The notes below the pieces were generated by a model, which was given only the letters and a program-made list of their open reading frames with translations, was not told the origin of the DNA and searched no databases. DNA of 60,906 nt from a virus (Duplodnaviria > Caudoviricetes), in IMG/VR virus record IMGVR_UViG_3300036766_000064, positions 1-60,906 of that record. One strand, written 5' to 3'. Positions 28,125-38,577 of this stretch are shown here, in pieces. Position 1 is the first letter of the stretch; each line of letters opens with the position of its first letter. Position numbers and translations under genes: made by a program.

Positions 28125-30127
28125 TTGCCTTCCAGTTCGGCAACCTTGGCGGCAAGCTCCTTCACCGCATTGATCAGCGGGTAGATGAAGGCCGCTTCGC
28201 CGACTTGCTGGCGACCGTTATCCTCCACACCCCAGCCGTGGAATACCGTTTCGCCTTCGGCGTCCATTGCCGCCTTCACGTCCTGCGCGCCTAGACCGAG
28301 AATACTTTTTTCCGTGTTTGGCGTGGAGCTTGGATCGACTCCCCACTCCTTCGGCCATTCGGATGCCGGCTTGAAGCGGTACTCGATCGGGTTCAGGCGC
28401 AGCACGAACGACAGGCCCAGCGGCGAGGCGCCAAGCACGTCCTTCATTCTGAGATCCGACGGGGCATCCCAGGTCTGGTCCGTGTCGTAGTTGCAGGTGA
28501 TGGCGCGCACGTTGTTGCCCAGCGTGATTGCCGCGTTTGCCACACCCGTTACGCCGGTGCCAGCCGATAGCACGATCTGATCGACCGCGCCAACCGCGGA
28601 GCCGGCCGCACCAATGCCGATCAAGACGTTCCCGGTGCCGACCGTCAGGGCAGTTCCGGAGCCCGAACCAACCGCCGTGTTCTTGATGCCTGTGGTGACG
28701 GCAGTAAGGCTGCCGAAGCCGATGGCGGTGTTGTCCATGCCGACGCCAAGCATTGCGTCAAGAGCAGTCGCCCCGACAGCCACGTTCTGCGCGCTCGATA
28801 CCGCAACCAACATGGCATCTTTGCCGATCGCCACGTTGCTCGAGCCGGTCGTGGTTGCCCCAAGCGAATTGAACCCGACCGCCACATTGTTCGTGCTGGT
28901 CGTGCTGGCGTCCATCGATGCCGCCCCTACTGCCACGTTGTTATCGCCTGCGGTTGCCACCAACATTGCATCTTTTCCAACGGCCACGCTTGCGGTAGCA
29001 GATACCGTGGCCTTCATGGCATTAGCGCCAACGGCGACATTGCTCGATCCCGTGGTTGTGGCGCCCAATGCATCGACACCGACACCGACGTTGAGCGTTG
29101 AAGTGGTAGAGGCGTCCATAACCCTCGCCCCCACAGCCACATTACTGTCGCCGGCAGTGGCTACCAGCATCGCGTCTTTTCCGACGATCACGTTGTCGAT
29201 CGCAGACACCGCCGCTTTCATGGCGTTTGCCCCGATTGCCGTATTGGATACGCCGGTCGTGTTGGCGCCAAGGGAATCTAGGCCTACCGCGGTGTTGTTG
29301 GTGCCGGTGGTCGTGACATCCGCTGCCGCCGAACCAACAGCGGTATTACCGGTGCCGACCGTAAGCGCGCTCAGGGAACTGGTGCCGACCGCCGTGTTGT
29401 AGTCGCCCGTGGTGCAAGCATCCAATGAGAGCGAGCCGACCGCCGTGTTGGAGATCGTTGACACTGCCAACAGCAGCGCGTCCTTCCCGACTGCGGTATT
29501 GTCCACCCCGGTCGTGTTCGCTGACAGAGCACCCACCCCGACAGCGGTATTCCGTGCCCCGGTCGTGTTCGCGTCCAGCGCCGTTGCCCCCAACGCTTGA
29601 TTGGTCGCCACCGCGCCGGCGCCGAGCACGTTGATCTGCGCGATATCGCCGATAGCCTTGTTGGCGTCCAGCACCAGGCACTTCGACGCTGCCGCCGTGC
29701 CGGCAACCGCATCGGTCAGGTAGGCGATTTGAGCAGAGGTTGCACCAACAATGCCGGTGTATATCTGTCCCGGTGTCCTGAAAATGAAAGACCCTTCTTG
29801 TGCCGCGGCCAGGGTATAGGCCGCATCCACGCTCAGGGAATTGATCGTTCCGCCGACAGGCGGGTAGATTTTCAGGGCATTCGAGGCGTTCGTGTTGATG
29901 ATCTTGTAGGTGTCGTCTGCCTGTCCCGCCGGCAGCACAACGGCCTTGGTGCCATCCGCGCCCGTTACCGCAGTCTTTGCGGCCTGGATGAATGCGGCCG
30001 TCGCTTGCGAGCTGCCAAGCGCGGCAACCGTAGACGACCCGTAAATCTTGTCCATCAGCTTACCGATGGTTTTTCCGTCGCCCTTGTCGTGCATCGAATT
30101 CAAAATCTGGTTCACTGTTTGAGTCAT
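28121..30127 (-). CDS. Trimeric fiber with NxAVG beta-helical repeats and C-terminal S74 intramolecular chaperone
   Basis: About 20+ 14-aa NTAVG/NVAVG repeats; PSDLRMKD cleavage motif; GLGAQDV; LINAVKEL. Confidence 0.85.
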   Translation of the reverse strand: MTQTVNQILNSMHDKGDGKTIGKLMDKIYGSSTVAALGSSQATAAFIQAAKTAVTGADGTKAVVLPAGQADDTYKIINTNASNALKIYPPVGGTINSLSVDAAYTLAAAQEGSFIFRTPGQIYTGIVGATSAQIAYLTDAVAGTAAASKCLVLDANKAIGDIAQINVLGAGAVATNQALGATALDANTTGARNTAVGVGALSANTTGVDNTAVGKDALLLAVSTISNTAVGSLSLDACTTGDYNTAVGTSSLSALTVGTGNTAVGSAAADVTTTGTNNTAVGLDSLGANTTGVSNTAIGANAMKAAVSAIDNVIVGKDAMLVATAGDSNVAVGARVMDASTTSTLNVGVGVDALGATTTGSSNVAVGANAMKATVSATASVAVGKDAMLVATAGDNNVAVGAASMDASTTSTNNVAVGFNSLGATTTGSSNVAIGKDAMLVAVSSAQNVAVGATALDAMLGVGMDNTAIGFGSLTAVTTGIKNTAVGSGSGTALTVGTGNVLIGIGAAGSAVGAVDQIVLSAGTGVTGVANAAITLGNNVRAITCNYDTDQTWDAPSDLRMKDVLGASPLGLSFVLRLNPIEYRFKPASEWPKEWGVDPSSTPNTEKSILGLGAQDVKAAMDAEGETVFHGWGVEDNGRQQVGEAAFIYPLINAVKELAAKVAELEGK

Positions 30128-30138
30128 GTCGATCTCCT

Positions 30139-30170
30139 AAAATGAAAGCGGCCCGGGAAATCCCGAGCCG
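30139..30170 (-). terminator. Putative intrinsic terminator
   Basis: CGGCTCGGGATTTCCCGGGCCG hairpin then CTTTCATTTT. Confidence 0.5.
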
Positions 30171-30300
30171 AGTTGCTTCAGCTTACGATCAATGGTCTTG
30201 GAAGACCGTCATGCACCTGCTTGCTTCAAATTCTGATGAAGGTAAAGAGGTTCGCGCGCTCGCCCCAATTACCACTGCGTCGATCATGTTTTCCTCGAAA

Positions 30301-31002
30301 TCACGCCAGCGGCATCCCGTAGGACATCCGCGGCAATTGGTTTAACTCCAACGCGGAACGCAATGGCCCACCCTCTGCAATGGCCCGGAGCATGGCTTCC
30401 GGTGCTACCCGATTACCCCCGTACTTGCTCATGGCCTCGTAGACGATAAGCATGTGAAACCTGCTCGGCATTTCCGGCGTGTCGCTGTTCGCTGCGAGGA
30501 TCTGCGGCCCCTGCTGGTAGATGCCGTTGACGGTGTAAATGGCACTCGGCACCGGACCGAGCACAAGATTTTGCTGCGGGTCCACACTGAAAAACACGGG
30601 CTGCCCATCGGTCTGAGTCCCGCGCCGGTAGATGAACCGAAAGGTGTCCCAATCCATCCACTGCAGGAAGTATTCTCCTGCAACCCCCGCCGATGTCAGG
30701 TAACACCGCCAATCGAATTGCCCGGTATGCCAGCGCGAAAACCTGGAAATCACTGCAGCCGCAAGCACGTCCGTAAAATCACCGAAGGCGTACACCCCAT
30801 CCGCAGCCACGGTCTGAATCGTGCAATCCTTCCTCAACCACTGCCAGTTTTCGTTTGCCTGTTGAATCTCAGTGTAGGAATCCTTGACCCATTTCACCAT
30901 TCTCGCCAGTTCGCCGGTCTGCGCGACAACCGTTGATGGACCTGTGCCAGAGTCTACTGTTTCTTGTCGCAAAAACTGGCAGAGCTCCAGGTAATTGCTC
31001 AT
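30301..31002 (-). CDS. Head-tail adaptor / tail tubular protein A
   Basis: MSNYLELCQ start, WQWLR, GPVP, DTPEMPSRFHMLIV motifs of podovirus adaptors. Confidence 0.75.
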   Translation of the reverse strand: MSNYLELCQFLRQETVDSGTGPSTVVAQTGELARMVKWVKDSYTEIQQANENWQWLRKDCTIQTVAADGVYAFGDFTDVLAAAVISRFSRWHTGQFDWRCYLTSAGVAGEYFLQWMDWDTFRFIYRRGTQTDGQPVFFSVDPQQNLVLGPVPSAIYTVNGIYQQGPQILAANSDTPEMPSRFHMLIVYEAMSKYGGNRVAPEAMLRAIAEGGPLRSALELNQLPRMSYGMPLA

Positions 31003-31005
31003 TTC

Positions 31006-31566
31006 TTAGACCGTTTGCGCCCAGGTGTTGTAGGCAGCCCGACCCTTTGCCGTGTCGCTGATCACGACAATCCGGTGTGTCCCCACGCTCGGGCCCGCAA
31101 GCCGGTTGAATTCCTTGCCATCGGCATTTTTCCCGAATGAGGAAACCAACCTGGCCTGCTTGCCGGCGATCAGCGAATACAGGAACTTGCGCTTGATGGT
31201 CTGAGGTTCACCCCGCTTGACGTATTGCGTGACCCCGTTGTGTCCAGACTCGATGAAAAGCGGCTCGTTCGGATCGTCTGTGCTCTCGATCTGAATCTCG
31301 ACCAGCTCGTTCATGAACGCCTCATCCGCAGCCTTTGCATCGAACTTGGCTGGATCGACAATTGCAATGCCAACCCCCACCGCCTCCGATCCACCGCCAT
31401 CCGGCGTGATGATCTTGATGGTTTGCTGAGGCTGGTCAACGTCGTCCGGCCCGAGCAGGTTCTTCTTGACGAAGATATCCGGACCCGCCTTTGATCGTTC
31501 GCGCAATCGTTGGTCGTTCGCCAGTTGCTTGGCCGATCGTGCTTTGACATGCTTGACTCGTGTCAT
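31006..31566 (-). CDS. Hypothetical head-module protein
   Basis: Start re-called at MTRVKH after GAGGAG. Confidence 0.6.
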   Translation of the reverse strand: MTRVKHVKARSAKQLANDQRLRERSKAGPDIFVKKNLLGPDDVDQPQQTIKIITPDGGGSEAVGVGIAIVDPAKFDAKAADEAFMNELVEIQIESTDDPNEPLFIESGHNGVTQYVKRGEPQTIKRKFLYSLIAGKQARLVSSFGKNADGKEFNRLAGPSVGTHRIVVISDTAKGRAAYNTWAQTV

Positions 31567-31578
31567 TTCTCCTCCTCG

Positions 31579-31605
31579 AAAAAAAAGCCCGCACAACGCG
31601 GGCTT
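31579..31605 (-). terminator. Intrinsic terminator after the capsid genes
   Basis: AAGCCCGC-GTTGT-GCGGGCTT followed by a T run. Confidence 0.85.
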
Positions 31606-31622
31606 CGTTTGGTTTCCGACGA

Positions 31623-32144
31623 CTAGCTGGTCTGCGGCGTCACCGGCAGTTGTGCAACATGCACAATCGCATTGGTGAAGTAGTCACCCGCCGCCCAATC
31701 GGTTGTCCCGAACAGCGCCGCCTGACTCTCCTGACTGGTCTGCTTCAGGATCATGTAGGCGAACGGGCAGATGTTGTTCGGAATCGCCGGGAATTGCGGC
31801 GGCCGCTGGAAGTCGGTTGAGCCGACAACCAGACTTTCCACAGATCCCTGCATGCACTTCACCGAACCGATCGCATCTGAGCCGCCTTCGAGGTAGCCGA
31901 ACACGACGACCGTGCCTTGTCCACTGACACCGGAAACCCCGGTAATCGGACGGAAAGCTAAACCGGTGTTGTAGTCGAGTACCGGCGTCGTGGCATTGGT
32001 CAGGGCGGTTTGCGGCGTTTGGAACTTGCCATTGCACACATGGCTGGAAGTCACCGTTGTGGTGATGCTAGCAACAGTGCCAGTCACCAGCGCCGGTTTG
32101 TTCAACGCGATGGTAATCCCGCGTTGCGTGGTTTGGTCGAACAT
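31623..32144 (-). CDS. Putative capsid decoration protein
   Basis: 173 aa immediately after the major capsid gene and before a terminator. Confidence 0.55.
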   Translation of the reverse strand: MFDQTTQRGITIALNKPALVTGTVASITTTVTSSHVCNGKFQTPQTALTNATTPVLDYNTGLAFRPITGVSGVSGQGTVVVFGYLEGGSDAIGSVKCMQGSVESLVVGSTDFQRPPQFPAIPNNICPFAYMILKQTSQESQAALFGTTDWAAGDYFTNAIVHVAQLPVTPQTS

Positions 32145-32218
32145 GGTGTTCTCCTTGATTGATTGATAGAGCTAAAACGCTTCGTAAAATGTTCCAGCAC
32201 TACAAGTTGCTGATTGCG

Positions 32219-33247
32219 TTACAGATTCGTTACCCCGAATTCTGTAACACTCATCCATCCGTGATTGGTTACCAATCCTGCATCATAAAAAGTCCCGGAA
32301 ACGTAACCGCGTTCGCCGGTCGGGTCGGATTTGTCCTTCTGCTTAACCGGAATATGGTTGAAGTCGATGGAATCCAGGCCGCGGAAAGCGGTGTGACCCC
32401 ATGCGTCTTTTCCCACGGTGAACATCTGGTAGACATCAACCAGCGTGCTTGACGTTTTGAGGCCAGTACCAGCCGCGGTAGCCCCGGAGTTCGTGAACTT
32501 CGGAATGTCCGGAGACACGACAAAGCGGTGCGAGCCCACGCAGCCCAGCTCGAGCTCGTGAACCGTCTCCATCTTGCCGTAGTCGGCCACCGCCTTGTAG
32601 CCGGCGATCGCCTCGATATCCCGTTGCGCATCGGTGTGCGTGAAGTCCAGGAACGCCGGCTGCAGCGACACCGAACCGAAGTTCTGGCTCGATTTCAGCG
32701 TCTTGCGCACAAACGACGCGTGATTGCCGCGGAGACTCCGGGTAATGCTGTCCAGCACGTTCAACGTCAGGCTCTCGTCCACCGTGAGCCGGGTTGTGCC
32801 GCCGGCATAGAAGCGGTTGGTACAGCCCTGCATGGCGCCGCCGTAGATCAGTTCGCGGACCAGGCCGAGCCGTTCGCCCAATTGCTCCTCCATCCAGTCG
32901 GGCATCGGATCCTCGCCCAACGAAGCCTGACGCTCGGTGTAGCTGTAGAGCGCGCCGTACTTCTGGACCTGGACGGTCGTATCCAGCACCGACAAGCTGT
33001 CAGCCGTCGGGTTCTGCCCTTCCTGCATCAGGTGGGCAGCGGCCGTGGTGGTGAAGGTGTTGGGAGCCGCAGCAGTGGCACCGAACGGGACGACTTGCCG
33101 GAAAATGACGGTGTCGCCCATCTTCAGGGGTTGCTTCCAGACCTCGCCCGAGATTTCCAGGGTCGAAACGTGCATTGCGTGTTTCATGATCTGGCCGAGG
33201 ATCGTCCCGCGTCTTTGGCCAGGAGTGGTATAAGTGACTCCGCTCAT
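32219..33247 (-). CDS. Major capsid protein (N4 gp56-like family)
   Basis: 342 aa; QKYG, HTD...DI, ELG, DKSDPTGERG motifs; follows the scaffold gene. Confidence 0.9.
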   Translation of the reverse strand: MSGVTYTTPGQRRGTILGQIMKHAMHVSTLEISGEVWKQPLKMGDTVIFRQVVPFGATAAAPNTFTTTAAAHLMQEGQNPTADSLSVLDTTVQVQKYGALYSYTERQASLGEDPMPDWMEEQLGERLGLVRELIYGGAMQGCTNRFYAGGTTRLTVDESLTLNVLDSITRSLRGNHASFVRKTLKSSQNFGSVSLQPAFLDFTHTDAQRDIEAIAGYKAVADYGKMETVHELELGCVGSHRFVVSPDIPKFTNSGATAAGTGLKTSSTLVDVYQMFTVGKDAWGHTAFRGLDSIDFNHIPVKQKDKSDPTGERGYVSGTFYDAGLVTNHGWMSVTEFGVTNL

Positions 33248-33258
33248 GTGATTCTCCT

Positions 33259-34101
33259 TTACGCCGAAGCGAACGCTTTCTCAGCGGCATCGCGATCGGA
33301 CTCAGTTGGTTGTCGCTGGGAATTGGTCCCCTTTGCAGGGATAGCCGCCTCCAGGCGTGCTGTTTTCTTCGCGCGCGCTTCCTCGATCTTGCGATGGTCG
33401 TAGTACATGTCGAGCATCTTGATCGCATCACGAGCGTTGTTCGACTCGGCGAGCGCCTGAATCTCAGGGGCCTGCGCTTTAGTCCATGCGGCGAATTCCG
33501 GCGCACGAACATCAACTTCCCAATTCTCGTATTTCAGGTCAACGCGGGCAAACTCGCGCGCTATTTTTGTGACCCTTACTTCCGATTGCTTGATGGCTTC
33601 CGACATCGATGCGGACACGTCCCGTTTAATGCCGTCCACATCCACCGCGGGCATTTGCTTGAGTAGTTCGGCGCGCTCGGCGGCGAATCGCTCATCAAGC
33701 TCCGTTGCCCATTCGGGAAACGTGTCCTTCAGATTCTTCCAGTTGTCCGGGTTCTTCGAGGCTTCCGAGATTTGGCTTTGCGTCGGCGCGACCTCAACGA
33801 CTTTGGCAGCCGCTTGCGCAGACGCCATTTCCCGTTGCATCGCGGCAATTCTGCCGGTGCCAGCCTTCACCTCGTTGGTGAGCGCGTCAATCTTCCCGAG
33901 TTTGCTGTTGATCCCCTCGATGGTTTGGCGCAAAACTGGCGATACACCATCCCACGGATCGGCTTCCTTGACTTCTTCCTTCGGCGCTTCGACCGCTTTT
34001 ATTTCCGCTTCCGCCTCTACGGGCGCTTCGGTTGTGGCAGCAAAAGCGGCTTCGGCAGATTGCCGTTCCTGTTCCGGGGTTTGCTCGTTTTCTTCGCTCA
34101 C
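33259..34101 (-). CDS. Scaffolding protein
   Basis: Acidic coiled coil, 280 aa, directly upstream of the capsid gene. Confidence 0.75.
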   Translation of the reverse strand: MSEENEQTPEQERQSAEAAFAATTEAPVEAEAEIKAVEAPKEEVKEADPWDGVSPVLRQTIEGINSKLGKIDALTNEVKAGTGRIAAMQREMASAQAAAKVVEVAPTQSQISEASKNPDNWKNLKDTFPEWATELDERFAAERAELLKQMPAVDVDGIKRDVSASMSEAIKQSEVRVTKIAREFARVDLKYENWEVDVRAPEFAAWTKAQAPEIQALAESNNARDAIKMLDMYYDHRKIEEARAKKTARLEAAIPAKGTNSQRQPTESDRDAAEKAFASA

Positions 34102-34112
34102 TCGTGACCTCC

Positions 34113-34138
34113 AAAAAACAAAACCCGCTCAAGGCGGG
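34113..34138 (-). terminator. Intrinsic terminator-like hairpin
   Basis: CCCGC-CTTGA-GCGGG followed by TTTTGTTTTTT. Confidence 0.6.
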
Positions 34139-34145
34139 CACTTAC

Positions 34146-34370
34146 TCACAACGCAGGGGATTTCTCGCCCGCGACCATCGCCAGTGGATCAGGTTCATCC
34201 AGTGACAGAATATATGCGACCTCAGCTATCCGCCCCCGAAGGTGCGCCGTCTCTATTTCACCCAAGTTGCGCGAATCATTGCTGCGCCGGAGCTCGTCAA
34301 GCCGCACCTCCAAATGCTTCCTGAGCTTGATCCATGTTTCCGAGTGTCCGTCGGCGTGATTGATCAGCAT
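34146..34370 (-). CDS. Small portal-adjacent protein
   Basis: 74 aa; TAHLRGRIAE motif typical of genes between portal and scaffold. Confidence 0.65.
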   Translation of the reverse strand: MLINHADGHSETWIKLRKHLEVRLDELRRSNDSRNLGEIETAHLRGRIAEVAYILSLDEPDPLAMVAGEKSPAL

Positions 34371-34636
34371 CAGTGCAATCTCATCGCCGATTTCCGGTCG
34401 CGCTTGGCTTTCGCCAACCGTTCCAGTGCCCGTTCCAGTGGCGTCAAGACCTTCTCACCACGATACCAATCGCTTCCCCTGTCGCCGACTTTCGCATCCA
34501 TGCACTGCTCGCCGGCCACCAGGCGCCCCATCACGTCAGGCGCTTTCACCCACTCCGGGACATGCTCAGGGGCAACCGGCTTCCACCCGTTGCGGCCGTT
34601 TTCGGAAACGTAGATCACCAGCATTGCATGTTTCAT
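34370..34636 (-). CDS. Hypothetical protein
   Basis: Start re-called at MKHAML. Confidence 0.55.
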   Translation of the reverse strand: MKHAMLVIYVSENGRNGWKPVAPEHVPEWVKAPDVMGRLVAGEQCMDAKVGDRGSDWYRGEKVLTPLERALERLAKAKRDRKSAMRLH

Positions 34637-34646
34637 GTCATCCTCA

Positions 34647-36914
34647 TCAATGTACGAAAGCCTCACCCGGTTTCGCACGCCCCGCTGGTTCTGCAGCCGG
34701 GGTAATCACCTGCGGGTTCCGATGCTTGTGCATATCGATCGCATGATCAGACACCGCGATATCCTTCTGGTGCGCAATACCATCACGCGACAAATTCTGC
34801 TGTACGTTCAACTTCATGGCGGTCCCGGCCAGCGTCGCCTTGATCTTCTCAAGGTTCGTGCGCTCATCACTGGTAAGTTGAGTGCTGTTCATGCGTTCAT
34901 CGATCGCGGCAATCACCAGTTTATTCTGCCGGTCGGCCTCATTTTGCGCCTGTTCAAAGTCCTGCTCCATCTTGGTGAGCTTCGCTTCGTGCTCATTGTT
35001 AATTTGCGCAACCTGAATCCGCGGATCTGCCGGACCCTGCTGCTTCTGCATCTTCGCCCACTCCTCGTCAGAGTATTGAATGCGCTCAGGGTCAAACCGG
35101 TTCGATTTCGCAATCTCGGCAAAGAATTTGGCAAAGTCCACCCTCGATGCAGGGTTGCCGGCCAACTGCCCCATTTCCTTGATCGCCGCCTTGTCCCCCG
35201 CCATATCCGGTGGCGTCAGTACGTCGATCGTGTAATCCCCCTTCTCGGAATCGTCCTCGCCGTACTGCATCAGCCAATCGTAGTACCGGCCAATATGGGG
35301 CTCCAGCATGTTGTCATCGAACATCTTTGCAACACGTCTTGCTACACTCGTCGCATTCGCATCCAGAATCTGCACCACACCCAACACGTCAGGCGCGGCA
35401 CCCTGCTGCCCCTGCAGAATGGACGGCAACCCGGTTACGTCCTCGGCCATCTTGAGGTGAAACTGGATGATGCCCAACAATTCAACCTGGCGGCTCTCGA
35501 TCTGGAACGAGAAGATGGCGTTTTTCGCCTCATTGATATCCGTACCCTTTGGGATCACGAATATCTTCCCGCCATACAACGAGGTATTTCCATCGGCCGG
35601 CGTCAACAGGCCCTGCATGATGGCCAGAATCGGCTTGGCCGACAAACCTGCATTCTCGGCAAGCGCACGTTCTGCCCCGGTAATCATGCGCTGCGGCGTT
35701 CTCAGGTCCCGCGCAATCCCGATACCAGCCCAATACCCCTCTCGCCTCGAACAAGGGGCAACGTCGTACGGGAACTTCCCATTGTCCAACGGATTCCGTG
35801 ACGCTCGGATTACATGGTCATTCACCATCGCTACAATCGCGGACTCCGTATCGTTCTCGGTCTCGCAAGCGCAGCCTGCGGCTTCAAGATCGTCCTTGTC
35901 CAGATTGCCGGTCATGTACCAAATCTGGAACGGCTTCGACTTTTGCGCTGGATCGGTTGGCCGGCTCGCGTCGTACTCGACATCCGGCGACCTTGGTCCC
36001 TCCTCCAACACCGCATCGATCTGCTCGGCGATGTAGATCGGATTGCCTTTCGCGTCCCGGAGGTCCTTCAAGTCCTTCAACCGCTTGGCGGTGAGGTTGT
36101 CACACTCCCAAATATAGTCGCCGTCGTGGATATTCTCGCCACAAGCCGGGTCCGGGAACAGGTTACGCGCGCCGATCCGCTTGCTCCTAGGCTCAATCAC
36201 TTCCTGGCGCACCATGGCGCCGTCCTTGAACATCACGTAGACGCATTTCTCCGGGAACGGTCCTTTCAGGACACCCGTTCCGATTCGCGCCATGTCGTCG
36301 ATAGCCTGCCTGGCCTGAGAATCCCATTTGGATTGCGTCAGCCAATCGTCAACCCGCTTCTGCGCCTTCTCCGCGGCGGCCCGGGCAGTGTCCATGTGCA
36401 TCTTGGCAACGTCAGCGACCGTCGCCTGCCGGGGTTGCCCGTCCTCATTCACCGTTACCGGTTGCCCGTTTTGGGTAACTGCATTCTTGTTCTTTTCCTG
36501 ACTTCTGATCTCGGGAACAGGGGTAGGCTTGAACGCCCAAGCCCTGTCGTTGATCTGCAACCGCATGTCGATGATTTTCGATGCGAATGCGTTACAGTAT
36601 GGCTTCGTGATGTTGAGTACCACGGTTGAACGTACTTCCCCCTCCACCCTCGGCATAATCTGGCCGGGCGGGCGGGTTCTCCTCGAATTGCGTTCCGCGG
36701 CCGACGCCTCGTCGATGCCCTCGTAGGCATCTTCATCCTCATCCCACTCGATTTCAATGCCGGTCTGCTTCCTGTATTCGATCGCTTCCCGGCGCTTCTT
36801 GGCGAGCGAGGATCCGAGCGAATCCAACCTGGCAGCCCGCGCCTGCATTACCTGTTCGTCCTGTTCAGGCGTGCGCGTTACCTCTGCCTTGCCCGCAACT
36901 TGATTCAAGGACAC
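34647..36914 (-). CDS. Portal protein (P22-like)
   Basis: 755 aa after the terminase; GTGVLKGP, GIGIARDLRTPQR, AEDVTG; C-terminal coiled coil. Confidence 0.9.
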   Translation of the reverse strand: MSLNQVAGKAEVTRTPEQDEQVMQARAARLDSLGSSLAKKRREAIEYRKQTGIEIEWDEDEDAYEGIDEASAAERNSRRTRPPGQIMPRVEGEVRSTVVLNITKPYCNAFASKIIDMRLQINDRAWAFKPTPVPEIRSQEKNKNAVTQNGQPVTVNEDGQPRQATVADVAKMHMDTARAAAEKAQKRVDDWLTQSKWDSQARQAIDDMARIGTGVLKGPFPEKCVYVMFKDGAMVRQEVIEPRSKRIGARNLFPDPACGENIHDGDYIWECDNLTAKRLKDLKDLRDAKGNPIYIAEQIDAVLEEGPRSPDVEYDASRPTDPAQKSKPFQIWYMTGNLDKDDLEAAGCACETENDTESAIVAMVNDHVIRASRNPLDNGKFPYDVAPCSRREGYWAGIGIARDLRTPQRMITGAERALAENAGLSAKPILAIMQGLLTPADGNTSLYGGKIFVIPKGTDINEAKNAIFSFQIESRQVELLGIIQFHLKMAEDVTGLPSILQGQQGAAPDVLGVVQILDANATSVARRVAKMFDDNMLEPHIGRYYDWLMQYGEDDSEKGDYTIDVLTPPDMAGDKAAIKEMGQLAGNPASRVDFAKFFAEIAKSNRFDPERIQYSDEEWAKMQKQQGPADPRIQVAQINNEHEAKLTKMEQDFEQAQNEADRQNKLVIAAIDERMNSTQLTSDERTNLEKIKATLAGTAMKLNVQQNLSRDGIAHQKDIAVSDHAIDMHKHRNPQVITPAAEPAGRAKPGEAFVH

Positions 36915-36915
36915 G

Positions 36916-37182
36916 TTACGCCGCCGTGAACGCCGTCTGCGCGGCCATCGCGTCTTGCGATTGCGCGCCGGTCTGCCCGGACAACAGGTCTTTTGCGATG
37001 CTCAGGGCCTCGTCGATGGACGCAACCGTTTGCATACCCGAATCCTCCTGCGCTTCGGGCGGCATGGACATGCCAGGCATCATGGGTTTGCCGGCAGCCA
37101 TCCCCTCATCCTGATCCCCGGCATCCACGCCAACGGAAAACTGGCCCTGGTCGTCTTTCTCGATTTTTACCGTGATACCCAT
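36916..37182 (-). CDS. Hypothetical protein
   Basis: 88 aa acidic; RBS GAGG. Confidence 0.6.
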   Translation of the reverse strand: MGITVKIEKDDQGQFSVGVDAGDQDEGMAAGKPMMPGMSMPPEAQEDSGMQTVASIDEALSIAKDLLSGQTGAQSQDAMAAQTAFTAA

Positions 37183-37296
37183 TTTTTCTTCCTCTCAGGA
37201 TCGCTCAGGTTGCACTTTCAGACTGGCAGCAATGGGTTGATGTCTCCATGTGCCACCGCATACATAACTGTTTATTAAGGGAAACGTGGTTTTGCC

Positions 37297-38577
37297 CTAA
37301 AATCCCAATCCTGGGTCGGCCGGGCGGTATGGCTTGACCGGCGGCAACCGAAACTCGTCGGTGTCATTGGTCAACTGGTCAACAATCATCGCCAGCCCGG
37401 CGAACGCATCGGCGCCGTGAGAATATTCGTCATGCACCGGACTACCAGGCTCTCCGGTCGATTCCGGTACGCCGCGTCTGTACCGCTTGAGACAGGTCAT
37501 CAGGCGGTCGGCCTTTACCTCGTCGGCGTAGACCCTGGGGAACATCATCCGCGCCGCCCGGATTGCGTTTTCCTTCACCGATGCACGAGGAATGATTTTT
37601 GGCCGCATCCGCAATAACGGGGTAAGCAGCGTCTGCGCGCTCAACCCCTTGGCGGCCTGCGTTTCATTCTCGCCATCGTGCGGCAGCCAGTGCGAACCGT
37701 ACAGATATGGCTTGTCCCGCAACCGTTTCGCCCACTCATCGAACCGCAGAAACGACTCCTCGGCGTAGTCGATGAGCCTGACCTCAGACATCAGTCGTTG
37801 CACGAAAATGATACTGGTCTGATCGTTCCAACCCAAATCCCAAATCGTATGCACCGGCATCTTCGGGTCATATGGGACCGGTCTTACCCGCCGGTCCTCG
37901 ATCATCGTCGTAACCTCGCCGGCGTAGATCGCCCCGACTACAACCGTCCTGGGCTTTCCCTCCCAAACGTGCTGGTATTCAACCGGATCGCGCTTTTGCA
38001 GGGATAACCGCTCGGCCTCCAACACCGCTGGGAACCACGGGTTATCCCGCCACGTCACCCGCTGCACCCATGCTTCCTCTGGCGGATGCACTACGAACCG
38101 CTGATAGGTGTCGTCGGTGTCGAGCTCTGGATTCCATGTCACCCAAATCTCGGAATCCTCAGCCCGAATCGTCGGGATCAACGTCTCCCACGACTTTTTA
38201 CTGACCGCTTGGCCCTCCTCGACCCAAGCGACATCAACGCCCTCGAACGACTTGATCTTGTGGGCATCCATCGCCCTGAGACCGGCAAACAGGAACTCAG
38301 CGCCATTCCGCCCGGTTATCGACCCATCCGTGATAGTGAACCAATCATTTAGCCCCAGGGCCTCAATCTGGTCCGCCAGCAGCCGGTGCACGGAATCCGC
38401 AATCGTCCGCATCACCTCGCGCGCGCAGAGCACCCGCAGCGGGTCCAGTGTCGATTGATAGATCAAAGCCCGCGCCGCCTGCCACGACTTGCCTGATCCA
38501 CGGCCCCCGTACATGACCTTGTACCGACGCGGCTCCAGCAACGGGCCAAACGCCTTCGGCAACTGCAGCAGAGGCAT
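37297..38577 (-). CDS. terL: Terminase large subunit (PBSX/SPP1-like)
   Basis: GGRGSGKS Walker A, WVEEG Walker B, TWNP, WDLG nuclease motif, HDEYSHGADA. Confidence 0.95.
   Translation of the reverse strand: MPLLQLPKAFGPLLEPRRYKVMYGGRGSGKSWQAARALIYQSTLDPLRVLCAREVMRTIADSVHRLLADQIEALGLNDWFTITDGSITGRNGAEFLFAGLRAMDAHKIKSFEGVDVAWVEEGQAVSKKSWETLIPTIRAEDSEIWVTWNPELDTDDTYQRFVVHPPEEAWVQRVTWRDNPWFPAVLEAERLSLQKRDPVEYQHVWEGKPRTVVVGAIYAGEVTTMIEDRRVRPVPYDPKMPVHTIWDLGWNDQTSIIFVQRLMSEVRLIDYAEESFLRFDEWAKRLRDKPYLYGSHWLPHDGENETQAAKGLSAQTLLTPLLRMRPKIIPRASVKENAIRAARMMFPRVYADEVKADRLMTCLKRYRRGVPESTGEPGSPVHDEYSHGADAFAGLAMIVDQLTNDTDEFRLPPVKPYRPADPGLGF

Noticed and set aside
28614-29402. Long plus-strand ORFs opposite structural genes (also 13821-14447, 32528-33403, 34635-35801)
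   Set aside because: Antisense shadows of GC-rich genes with no RBS or recognisable motifs.
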